Part shown: positions 28,690 to 37,567 of the stretch, piece after piece | Layout of the letters: each line of letters begins with the position of its first letter | Position numbering within the stretch: the first letter of the stretch is position 1 | Assembly: GCA_001303765.1 (NCBI GenBank) | Contig: LJUH01000003.1 | Span: forward strand, 1-43,889 | Direction of reading: 5' to 3' | DNA: 43,889 nucleotides | Origin: Chlamydiae bacterium SM23_39 | Lineage (GTDB): Bacteria; Chlamydiota; Chlamydiia; Chlamydiales; SM23-39 | Translations under genes and position numbers: made by a program | The notes under the pieces: model-generated | Database searches by the model: none | Seen by the model: the letters and a program-made list of their open reading frames with translations, nothing else | What the model was told of the DNA's origin: nothing

Positions 28690-28767
28690 TTTTAATTCCT
28701 TTTTTATTTTAATTGTAAATGGTATTTTCTTTTTTTGTAAAATGATGACTTTAAAGAAAGGATTATT

Positions 28768-29457
28768 ATGAAAGTTATTTATGGTAAAAGAGAAGCAAAA
28801 AAAAATATGGATTTTGATAAAAAATTATTTAAGTCTTTAAAATTCAATACTTTTTGCATCCTCCATTTTTATGAATGGGAAAATCCCTCTATAACCTATG
28901 GAATTTTTGAAAAGCCTGAAAATTTTTTTTGTTTAGAAAAGATAAAGCAGATGAAAATAGATTTAACGAAGAGACCGACAGGAGGAGGGATAGTGTTTCA
29001 TATGTGGGATATGGCATTTTCTTTTTTAATGCCAAGTAATCATAAATATTTTTTTTTAAATCCATTAAAAAATTATCATTTTGTTAATGGAATAGTTTTA
29101 AAAGCTGTTAAAGAATATTTTAATTTAAAAAATTTAAGATTAAAAAATTTTTTTTCTTTGAATAGATATAAAAGTTTTTGTATGGCTAATACTACAAAAT
29201 ATGATCTTGTTTATAAGGGTAGAAAGATTGCGGGGGCAGCTCAAAGAAAGGGGAAGGATGGGTATCTGCATCAAGGAAGTATCTCTTTAGCTTTTCCAGA
29301 TAAAAAATATTTAGATAGTTTTTTTATAAAAAAAGATATTTTGAATGCTATTTTAGAAAATAGCTATCCTTTAATCTTAAAGGGAGAAGACTTAGATTTA
29401 ACAAAAAAAATGCTGAAAGAGCTTTTAATAAAGTACTTTAAAAAAACTCTTTGTTGA
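28768..29457 (+). CDS. Lipoate-protein ligase A family protein
   Basis: [31 protein letters not shown]. Confidence 0.88.
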   Translation: MKVIYGKREAKKNMDFDKKLFKSLKFNTFCILHFYEWENPSITYGIFEKPENFFCLEKIKQMKIDLTKRPTGGGIVFHMWDMAFSFLMPSNHKYFFLNPLKNYHFVNGIVLKAVKEYFNLKNLRLKNFFSLNRYKSFCMANTTKYDLVYKGRKIAGAAQRKGKDGYLHQGSISLAFPDKKYLDSFFIKKDILNAILENSYPLILKGEDLDLTKKMLKELLIKYFKKTLC

Positions 29458-29487
29458 AGCCATAATATAAAAAAGGAAAAAAAATTT

Positions 29488-30960
29488 ATGAAAAAAAATG
29501 CTATTTCTCCTACTAGACAGGAGAATTATTCTGAATGGTATCTTTCAATTATTAAAAATGCAGATCTTGCAGAACACTCTCCAACACGTGGATGTATGAT
29601 AATAAAACCATGGGGATATAGTATTTGGGAAAATATAAGAGATGTTTTAGATAGAATGATAAAAGATAGTGGACATCAAAATGTGTATTTTCCTCTTTTA
29701 ATACCTATTAGTTTTTTTGAAAAAGAAGCAGAGCATGTTGAAGGTTTTGCAAAGGAATGTGCTGTTGTTACACATTGTAAGTTAGAGAAAAAAAAAGGAA
29801 AATTAATTCCTATTTCTCCTTTAGAAGAGCCATATATTATAAGGCCTACTTCTGAGATGATAATAGGAGAAGCTTTTTCTAGATGGGTTCAATCATATAG
29901 AGATCTTCCAATTTTAATAAACCAATGGGCAAATATTTTAAGATGGGAGATGAGGCCTAGAATGTTTTTGAGGACAACAGAGTTTTTATGGCAGGAGGGA
30001 CATACGGTTCATCAATTTGAAGAGGAGGCTAGAGAAGAGGTAAAAAGGATGTTGGATATATATTCAAATATCTATCATCAATATTTAGCGATCCCTGTTA
30101 TTAAAGGAGAGAAAACTGAAACAGAGAGATTTCCTGGAGCTGTCAACACCTATTGTATAGAAGCTATGATGCAGGATAAAAAAGCCTTACAAGCTGGAAC
30201 TTCACATTTTTTAGGACAAAATTTTTCAAAAGCTTCTAATATCAGATATAATGATGAAAAGGGAGAGATTAGATATCCCTATTCTACCTCATGGGGTGTA
30301 ACTACAAGACTTATTGGAGGAGTTGTTATGGTTCATAGCGATGATGATGGATTAGTTCTTCCTCCTAGAATAACTCCTTATCATGTGGTTATTCAACCTA
30401 TTTTTATAAGAGAAAAGATAATGGCTTTTTGTAGAAAGTTAAAAGATATGCTAGAAACTATTAGATATAATGGTAATTTTTTAAAAGTAAAAATAGATGA
30501 AAGAGATATAAGAGGAGGAGAAAAGAAATGGGAGTGGGTAAAAAAAGGAGTTCCTATAAGGATTGAGGTGGGAGAAAGAGAGGTTGAAGAGAGAGTAGTT
30601 ACCTTTTTTAGAAGAGATAACCACTATCAAAAGATTGTGGAGAAAGAAAAAAGTTTTATAGAAAACTTAGCTAAAATATTGGAAGATATACAAAATGATC
30701 TTTTGAAAAAAGCAGATAAGTTTTTAAATGAAAATATTAAAAGAATATCTTCTGAAAAAGAGTTTTATGAATTTTTTAAATCTGAAGGAGGATTTGCTCT
30801 TTGTCAATTTTCTTTAACAAAAGAGATAGAGGAGAAGATAAAAAAAGAGTTAAATGTTACTGTAAGATGTATTCCATTAGAAATACCTAAAGAAGAGGAA
30901 GAATGTATATTTAGTGGAAAAAGATGTTTTGATAAGGTTATTTTTGCAAGAGCATATTAA
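29488..30960 (+). CDS. proS: Proline--tRNA ligase (archaeal/eukaryote-like type)
   Basis: EAEHVEGFAKE, RPTSE, FLWQEGHT, QAGTSHFLGQNFS, SWGVTTRLIG, C-terminal FARAY; no INS editing domain. Confidence 0.96.
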   Translation: MKKNAISPTRQENYSEWYLSIIKNADLAEHSPTRGCMIIKPWGYSIWENIRDVLDRMIKDSGHQNVYFPLLIPISFFEKEAEHVEGFAKECAVVTHCKLEKKKGKLIPISPLEEPYIIRPTSEMIIGEAFSRWVQSYRDLPILINQWANILRWEMRPRMFLRTTEFLWQEGHTVHQFEEEAREEVKRMLDIYSNIYHQYLAIPVIKGEKTETERFPGAVNTYCIEAMMQDKKALQAGTSHFLGQNFSKASNIRYNDEKGEIRYPYSTSWGVTTRLIGGVVMVHSDDDGLVLPPRITPYHVVIQPIFIREKIMAFCRKLKDMLETIRYNGNFLKVKIDERDIRGGEKKWEWVKKGVPIRIEVGEREVEERVVTFFRRDNHYQKIVEKEKSFIENLAKILEDIQNDLLKKADKFLNENIKRISSEKEFYEFFKSEGGFALCQFSLTKEIEEKIKKELNVTVRCIPLEIPKEEEECIFSGKRCFDKVIFARAY

Positions 30961-30966
30961 AAAGTT

Positions 30967-33162
30967 ATGTTTAAGTTTTTAAGAAAGAATAGAAAGATCA
31001 TATTAATAATAACATCTGCTGTTATTATATTATCCTTTTCCTTTTTTGGAACATATAATGCTATTTTAGATTCAAGAGAGAAAGTGAAAGATGAAAAAGT
31101 TTTTGAAATTAAAAATAAAAAGATATTTAGATCTGATTTAAATATCTTATCTTTTTTATTAGATAGAGAAAATAAGATTTTAAGAGAGAATAGCACCATA
31201 TCTAAAGAGTTTTTTCAAACAAGAATTGTAGAATTACTTTTTGAAAAAAATATTGATAAACTATCTTTGGATTTTAAAAAAAGATTGGATAGAATAAAAA
31301 ATTTTGATTTATATGTATATCCCTATAATCCTAATATATCTCTTGAAAATATTTTAAAAAATAAAAATCCGAAAATTTTAAGATTATTAAATGAGATTAA
31401 AAAAATAGAAAAAATTGATTTAAATACATTTAAAAAATTTTCTGAGTTATATATTGAGATAGATAAAGTATCTAAGATAGATATTCAAAACAAGTTGTTG
31501 TTACAACAAAAAAATTCTCCTTATCTTCCTTTAGATCGTAGTTTGTTTGATGTTAATTTTAATATTTTTCCTTTTTCTAATATATCCGAATGGTTAGGAG
31601 AAAGTTTTTTAGATATTATTTTTAAATTTATATTTGAGGTAGCGGATTTTTTTGAAGATGGGAAAAAAGAGATAAAAAAAAAAGAGGTGGAGGTAGAACT
31701 TTTAAAATTTTATCCTGAAAGTAATAGGAGATTGGTAAATATATGGAAAAAAGTTTTGCTTTTTAAAAAATATATGCAACAAGAGGAAAAAAATCTTTTT
31801 TTAGATAATCTTTGTTTAAAAAAAATCTCTTCCTATGCAGATAAGAAAGCTAAATTAAAAATTTTTAAGCTTCCAAAATATTTAATATTTAAAGAGTTTA
31901 AAGATTTTTTAAAACTGCTTTTATATTTAGAGATAACATCAGATGAAGAAAAAAGCTCTTTTTCTACAAAATATAAAAGGGTGGAAGAGATAGAAAAAAA
32001 ATATCCTTCTCTTATAGAAAACCATTTTATTGTTGAAATAAAAAAAACAGATATGGATGAAGCAGGGACAAAGATATCTGAAAAAAAACTTTGGCAATGG
32101 CAGGTTGATGAAAAAAATTATAAAAAATTAAAGGATAGATTTTATATTTTAAATTCTTTTGAAGATGATACGGAGGATAAAAGATTTAATGCTTTTGAGA
32201 ATATCTCAGCTAATAGAAGGAAGGAGATCGATGAATATTCTAGAAAAGAGATGGTAAAAGAAAATAAAGATATTATAAAAAATATCTTATCAGAGAAAGA
32301 AAAAGAAAAAAAAGATTTATATATTCGTGGGGTAGATAGCTTTCCTGTTTTAGAGGGGGTTAGTAATAAAAATCTTATTAAGCTTTTAGAAAAAAAATCT
32401 AAAAATTTATTTTTTTGTTCAGATAATGAAGAGCTGTATTATCAGATAAATTGCTTATCAAAAAAGGAAAAATCTATAATATCTTTTAAAAAAGGGATGG
32501 AAGATAAGACATTGGAAAATATTTTAAATAATATTTTATATTCATTTTATAAAGATTTAAAAAAAGATAATTTTGATATTACAAAATTATCTTTGAAAAA
32601 ATCTTTTAATGAGATAATCAGTTTTCTTAAATATGATAGTGAAAAATTTGAAGAGGTAGAAGATAAGGTAGGGATAATTTATTTTTCAGATGTTTTAGGA
32701 AGAATTGATGAAAGAATGCCAGACTTTTTTAAAAAAAATGATCTAAATAAAAAAGAAAAATATTTTATTTTTTCTTTTTTATATCTTTACATGGATAAGA
32801 TAAAGAATGGTTTAATTAATAAAATCATAGAAGAAAAAGAGTTAATGGATGATAAAAATCAATGGAAGTTAGAGATATTTGATAAAGAGATTAGTAGAGT
32901 TTCTAAGAGTAAAGATACTTTTGAAAGTTATATATATAGAGCTTTTAATGATTTGATATTTGAAAAAAAGTTAAAAGAAGATAGTTATTCAATGGTTAAC
33001 TTGGAAAAAGATCTATTTGCTGATGAAGTATTCTTTTTTAAGTTTTTAAAAAGGAAAAAACCTGGAAAAATACCTTTTGAGAGGTTTAATGAGATAAAAG
33101 AGGTTATTCTTAATGAAGCTAAATATAAGCTAGCAGAAGAGATATTAAAAAAAAATCTTTAA
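30967..33162 (+). CDS. Hypothetical membrane-anchored periplasmic protein with SurA/PpiD-like N-terminus
   Basis: MFKFLRKNRK followed by a single TM (IILSFSFFG) and a large soluble domain; no clear PPIase motif. Confidence 0.65.
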   Translation: MFKFLRKNRKIILIITSAVIILSFSFFGTYNAILDSREKVKDEKVFEIKNKKIFRSDLNILSFLLDRENKILRENSTISKEFFQTRIVELLFEKNIDKLSLDFKKRLDRIKNFDLYVYPYNPNISLENILKNKNPKILRLLNEIKKIEKIDLNTFKKFSELYIEIDKVSKIDIQNKLLLQQKNSPYLPLDRSLFDVNFNIFPFSNISEWLGESFLDIIFKFIFEVADFFEDGKKEIKKKEVEVELLKFYPESNRRLVNIWKKVLLFKKYMQQEEKNLFLDNLCLKKISSYADKKAKLKIFKLPKYLIFKEFKDFLKLLLYLEITSDEEKSSFSTKYKRVEEIEKKYPSLIENHFIVEIKKTDMDEAGTKISEKKLWQWQVDEKNYKKLKDRFYILNSFEDDTEDKRFNAFENISANRRKEIDEYSRKEMVKENKDIIKNILSEKEKEKKDLYIRGVDSFPVLEGVSNKNLIKLLEKKSKNLFFCSDNEELYYQINCLSKKEKSIISFKKGMEDKTLENILNNILYSFYKDLKKDNFDITKLSLKKSFNEIISFLKYDSEKFEEVEDKVGIIYFSDVLGRIDERMPDFFKKNDLNKKEKYFIFSFLYLYMDKIKNGLINKIIEEKELMDDKNQWKLEIFDKEISRVSKSKDTFESYIYRAFNDLIFEKKLKEDSYSMVNLEKDLFADEVFFFKFLKRKKPGKIPFERFNEIKEVILNEAKYKLAEEILKKNL

Positions 33163-33243
33163 GAGAGCTTTTGGATAAGGTTAAGGAGATTTTTTATAAT
33201 AAATTTTCTTTGCAGCTTAAAATAATTTTTTAACATTAAAAAG

Positions 33244-33273
33244 TTGTATTTTTATTAAATATTTCAGTATAAT
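33244..33273 (+). promoter_or_regulatory. Sigma66 promoter, probably giving a leaderless transcript
   Basis: TTGTAT-18 nt-TATAAT ending 6 nt before ATG33280. Confidence 0.55.
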
Positions 33274-33279
33274 ATATGC

Positions 33280-34158
33280 ATGAGTATTTCACCTAATTTT
33301 AACAAAATAATTGCTCCTGACAAAGTTCAAAGTCAAAAATATAAGCAACAATGTTTAAAGAAATCTATAGGGTTTGTTATTACAACTGTTGCTTCAGTAG
33401 CTTTAGGATTAAGTGCTTATGCGTTATTATATTTTATTCCAATGCAAAGAATAATAAAATCAATAGGATTTAAGATTTCTTCTAGATCATATAAAATTAT
33501 TCAAGTTGCTTTACCTGTTATTATTGGATCTAGTCCTTTTGTTGTTGGAAGTCTTTTTTTAGGTGGTAAAAGTGTTTTTGAAAGATTTAAAAATAAAGAG
33601 GATCTAAAAAATAAAGAGGATCCAAAAATAATAGACATAAAAAAGTTATTGAAAGAATTAGACTCAATGGATCTAAATAATGAAAATATTAATGAGTTTG
33701 TAAAAAAGATTAAAGAATGTTTTGAAGAAAAAGAAGTAGAACAAATGTTAGAAATGCTTAAAAATAATGGATATATTAAGAGGAGCACTTATTATTATTG
33801 GGAGAATGTACAAAAGATTGAAATTAATGAAAAACATAAAGATAAAGTAAAAGAATCAATAAAACAATTTTTAGAATATGTTTTGGAAAAAAATAATTTA
33901 TTAAAAGAATTAGATTTAGTGGATTTAACAAAGTATACTGATTTTATTAGTTTTTTTGAAAAAATTAAAAAATTTGATGCAGAATATTCAAAAAATATGA
34001 TAAATTACATTAATGAATTAGAAAAAAAATTGGAAGATTCCTATTTTGTAAATAGCAATAATAATGAGCAGATAAAAAAAATGATATGGTATCCAGACAA
34101 CTCTTTTAGTTTAGAAACATTAAAAAACATGTTAAAAGAATTTTTAAAACTTTTCTAA
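33280..34158 (+). CDS. Inc-like protein (bilobed hydrophobic domain plus duplicated helical domain)
   Basis: MSISPN N-terminus, two TM segments, KNKED twice, and two LLKELD.(M/V)DL...(K/E)KIK...K(Q/E)FL units. Confidence 0.65.
   Translation: MSISPNFNKIIAPDKVQSQKYKQQCLKKSIGFVITTVASVALGLSAYALLYFIPMQRIIKSIGFKISSRSYKIIQVALPVIIGSSPFVVGSLFLGGKSVFERFKNKEDLKNKEDPKIIDIKKLLKELDSMDLNNENINEFVKKIKECFEEKEVEQMLEMLKNNGYIKRSTYYYWENVQKIEINEKHKDKVKESIKQFLEYVLEKNNLLKELDLVDLTKYTDFISFFEKIKKFDAEYSKNMINYINELEKKLEDSYFVNSNNNEQIKKMIWYPDNSFSLETLKNMLKEFLKLF
33589..33624 (+). repeat. 18-bp tandem duplication
   Basis: AAAAATAAAGAGGATC occurs twice (KNKEDL KNKEDP). Confidence 0.8.
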
Positions 34159-34346
34159 TAAAAATGAATTAAAAATAAAAAAAATCGTTAAGATTTGAGA
34201 TAAAATTTTATTAAAAAAACAAAATTTTTTAAAATAATTTTCCTAAAAAATAATTTTTCTTTTCTTAAAAATATCTAAAAAAGATAGTTTTGTTTCCTTT
34301 TTAAAATTATTTATTTTAAATTGATCTTAAAAAGAGAGGCTTTTAT

Positions 34347-34970
34347 ATGGTTGACATAAAAAAATTTAAAGATGAGAAATATAACCTATCCATAACTTCT
34401 AAGAATGTTGCAATTACTAGTGCTATAGAAAAATATATTTTAGAAAAGGTAACTAAACTAGATAGATTTTCTGAACATATAGTAGATATTGTTGTTACCT
34501 TAGATCTATTAAAAGTTGCTAATATTGTGACGATAAACATGAAAATTTTTCGGTTTATGTTAAGAGTACAAGCTAGAACAGAAAATTTATATTCAGCTAT
34601 CGATAAAGCTTTTGAAAGGCTTATTAAACTTATGAAAAAATATAAAGATAAAATGCAACATTATCGATTTAAAGAACCTCAAGGAGTAGAAATTGCAGTA
34701 AGAGTTTTAAAACCGGTATCTTATGTTGAAGAGATAAATGAACAGATAGAAGATGAAAATTTAAAGGAAGAGGAAGAGTTATATAAAATACATGAAGTTG
34801 TTTCTCAAGAAACTATGCCAATTGTTGTGTTAACACAGGATGAGGCTGTCTTGAAATTAGAATTTTCAAAAGATCATTTTTTAGTATATAAATCTGAAGA
34901 AGATAAAAAATTAAAGATTATGTATAAAAGGGAGGATGATAAAATAGGATTAATATCTGTAGAAAAATAA
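34347..34970 (+). CDS. hpf: Ribosome hibernation promoting factor (long HPF/RaiA)
   Basis: ITSKNVAITSAIEKYILEKVTKL, ENLYSAIDKAFERL..KKYKDK, and a C-terminal DEAVLKLE..FLVY..MYKRED..GLI dimerisation domain. Confidence 0.9.
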   Translation: MVDIKKFKDEKYNLSITSKNVAITSAIEKYILEKVTKLDRFSEHIVDIVVTLDLLKVANIVTINMKIFRFMLRVQARTENLYSAIDKAFERLIKLMKKYKDKMQHYRFKEPQGVEIAVRVLKPVSYVEEINEQIEDENLKEEEELYKIHEVVSQETMPIVVLTQDEAVLKLEFSKDHFLVYKSEEDKKLKIMYKREDDKIGLISVEK

Positions 34971-35419
34971 TGGATGAGATAATAGACCCTATTAGAAAGG
35001 TTAAAATAAAAAAGTTGCCAGAAGAGATGGTGAGACAAGAGCTTTTAAATAAGATGATCTTATTAGGGTATCCTAAGGAATATATAGCAGTGGAAAAGGA
35101 TCTTAAAAGTTTACCTCATCTTAAAGATACAGATTATAAATTCCCACAAAGAAGGATAGATATTATATGTTTTTCAAAAAAAATAAATATTTATCCTATT
35201 TTATTAATAGAGTGTAAGGCTGAAAAAATAGATGAAATAGCAGAACAGCAGGTTATTGGATATAATTATTTTGTTAATGCATATTTTTTTTCTTTGGCTA
35301 ATAAAGAAGAAATTAAAACTTATTGGTATGATAAGAAAAAAAATAGATATTTGTTTGTAGATTTTCTACCATCATATAAACAACTTATATATGCTATCGA
35401 AGATAAAGAATTGCTCTGA
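34970..35419 (+). CDS. Stand-alone HsdR N-terminal (HSDR_N_2) PD-(D/E)xK nuclease-like protein
   Basis: DPIRK..PEEMVRQ..LGYPKEYIAVEK..RIDII..LLIECKA..Q..YN. Confidence 0.85.
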   Translation: MDEIIDPIRKVKIKKLPEEMVRQELLNKMILLGYPKEYIAVEKDLKSLPHLKDTDYKFPQRRIDIICFSKKINIYPILLIECKAEKIDEIAEQQVIGYNYFVNAYFFSLANKEEIKTYWYDKKKNRYLFVDFLPSYKQLIYAIEDKELL

Positions 35420-37004
35420 AGAAGAATTTGAGAAAAATCTGAAAATCTTTGAAAAAAGATTTTTATCTGATTTTTCTAAAAAGTTTTTTTTTCTAAAAAA
35501 TATTAAAAAAAAACAAATTGTAAAAAATAATTTTCAGATAAAAGATTATGAAAAAATAAATTTTTTAGAAGATGAAATAGATACCCTTATAATATATGGA
35601 ATTGAAGCAGGATATTTTTATTTTTTTTTGAAAAAATTTATAGAAGATAAAAAAATAAAAAAGATTATTTTTTTAGAAGAAGATTTTTTTTTATTAGAAA
35701 GATTTTTGAAAAAAAATATTGCTAAAATAATTTTAAAAAATAAAAAGATAGAGATCTGTTTTATTACTGATTTAAAAGAGGATCTAAAAAATATTATATG
35801 GAATAATGTTCTTTCAAAAAATAAAATTGTCTCTTTTTATAAGAGTAAAATAAAGAAAAACAGATTTTTTGAAATAAAAAAAATATTTGAGCATTTATCT
35901 CTTGGAATAGAACTTTTAGGTTATAATTATAAAGATTTTGGGAAAAAACATTTTAAAAACTTTTTTTTTAACCTTTCTAAAATTAAAAAGTTTAGAACTA
36001 TTGTTGATTTGAAAGATGCGTTTAAAGATATTCCTGCTATTATTTGTGGGGCAGGCCCCTCATTAGAAAAAGATATGTTTCATATAAATAATTTAAAAGA
36101 TAAAGCTATCATATTTGCAGGAGGGACAGCAATAGATATTTTATTGAAGAATAATGGTTTTTTTCATTTTGCTGCTAATATAGATAAAAATATTAGTTTT
36201 AATAATTCTATTTTTGATAGCTTTTTTTTATATCAAAATCAGCTTTCATATCAAAATTTAAATAGCATTAATGGAGAAAAAATTTTAGCTTTAAATTCTT
36301 CAGAATATCCCTTAGAAAAAGAGATATGTAGAAGATTGAAAATAGATGATGGTAAAATAGATATTGGATGGACTGTTGGTACATTTTTAATAAAAATAGC
36401 AGAATTTTTTGGATGTAATCCTATAATTTTGACAGGGTTAGATTTTTCTTTTAAGAAAAATAAATATGCTAAGATAGATAAAGAGGATAAGGAAAAAATA
36501 TTTTTAAAAGATAAAAATATTTTTAGTAGAAAAGATTGGATTTTAGCTGTTTCATGGATAGAAGATTTTATATTTAATAATAAAAAAATATTTTTTTGTA
36601 ACACTGTAGATAGTGGAATGATAAAAAATATTTTATCTATTCCTTTGTTAGAAGTAGAGAAAAGATTTTTAAAAGAAAAAAAAGATATTATTTCTATTAT
36701 CCATCAAAAACTACAAAGTAAAGAGGAGATAAATATAAAAGAGATAGAAAAAGTTATTGATGATTTGGAATATGATATAGAGATATGTATAGATAGTTTT
36801 AATCGTTTATCATTTAAAAACCTTGAAAATAATATTTTTTATAAATTACATCTCCAACCTATCTGGAATATTTTTAAATATTTTTTTAAAAATAAAATAG
36901 ATATGAAAAATAAAACGATATATAGAATAAATAAAATTGTTTTTTTTAAAAATGTATCTAAAGAGTTTTTAAAAGAGGTTAAGATATGGAGAAATATGCT
37001 TTAG
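35391..37004 (+). CDS. Maf-family (DUF115/MAF_flag10) glycosyltransferase, copy 1
   Basis: LIIYGIEAGY, PAIICGAGPSLEK, GWTVG, GCNPIILTGLDFSF. Confidence 0.8.
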   Translation: MLSKIKNCSEEEFEKNLKIFEKRFLSDFSKKFFFLKNIKKKQIVKNNFQIKDYEKINFLEDEIDTLIIYGIEAGYFYFFLKKFIEDKKIKKIIFLEEDFFLLERFLKKNIAKIILKNKKIEICFITDLKEDLKNIIWNNVLSKNKIVSFYKSKIKKNRFFEIKKIFEHLSLGIELLGYNYKDFGKKHFKNFFFNLSKIKKFRTIVDLKDAFKDIPAIICGAGPSLEKDMFHINNLKDKAIIFAGGTAIDILLKNNGFFHFAANIDKNISFNNSIFDSFFLYQNQLSYQNLNSINGEKILALNSSEYPLEKEICRRLKIDDGKIDIGWTVGTFLIKIAEFFGCNPIILTGLDFSFKKNKYAKIDKEDKEKIFLKDKNIFSRKDWILAVSWIEDFIFNNKKIFFCNTVDSGMIKNILSIPLLEVEKRFLKEKKDIISIIHQKLQSKEEINIKEIEKVIDDLEYDIEICIDSFNRLSFKNLENNIFYKLHLQPIWNIFKYFFKNKIDMKNKTIYRINKIVFFKNVSKEFLKEVKIWRNML

Positions 37005-37567
37005 AAGAGAGTAAATTAATAATAAAAGATGAGGAGATAAGGATAGATATAGAGGAAGATTTTTTTCTTCCTAGTTTTGGGAAAAAGTATAATGAATGTG
37101 ATGTTGTTGTAAAAAGAGATAAAAAAGTAAAAGAGGTATTTTTTGAAAAAGATAATAAAAAATTTGGAGAAAAGATTGTATTATATGAAAATGGAGTTAT
37201 AGCATCATCCTGTTTTTATCTTTATGATGAGTTACATGGCCCTTCTACCTTTTATTCTAAAGATAAAAAAATTTTATCTATTACTTGGTTTTATAAAGGT
37301 AAAAGAGAGGGTAAAAGTAAAAGGTATTATTCTTCAGGTAAGATCTATTGTATAGAGAGATATAAAGATAATTTAATGGAGGGAGAGCAAAAATATCTTT
37401 ATGAAAATGGAAGATGTAGGTCGATGATCTATTATAAGAAAGGCATTTTATGTAAGAAAGCTTTGTTATATTGGGATAATGGAAATATTAAAAGAGAGGT
37501 TGATTTTGAGGAGGGGAGAGATAATATTTATGATGAAGAAGGATCTTTGATATATGAAAAAAAATAA
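36986..37567 (+). CDS. MORN-variant repeat protein (YwqK-like)
   Basis: Repeated (Y/F)..G.(R/L)(E/H)G....YY.(S/N)G units. Confidence 0.82.
   Translation: MEKYALEESKLIIKDEEIRIDIEEDFFLPSFGKKYNECDVVVKRDKKVKEVFFEKDNKKFGEKIVLYENGVIASSCFYLYDELHGPSTFYSKDKKILSITWFYKGKREGKSKRYYSSGKIYCIERYKDNLMEGEQKYLYENGRCRSMIYYKKGILCKKALLYWDNGNIKREVDFEEGRDNIYDEEGSLIYEKK

Noticed and set aside
34970-35419. Type I restriction-modification system
   Set aside because: Only a 149-aa HsdR N-terminal domain is present, with no helicase, hsdM or hsdS.
36986-37567. YwqJK toxin-antitoxin module
   Set aside because: Only generic MORN-variant repeats are present, and there is no adjacent deaminase or polymorphic toxin.
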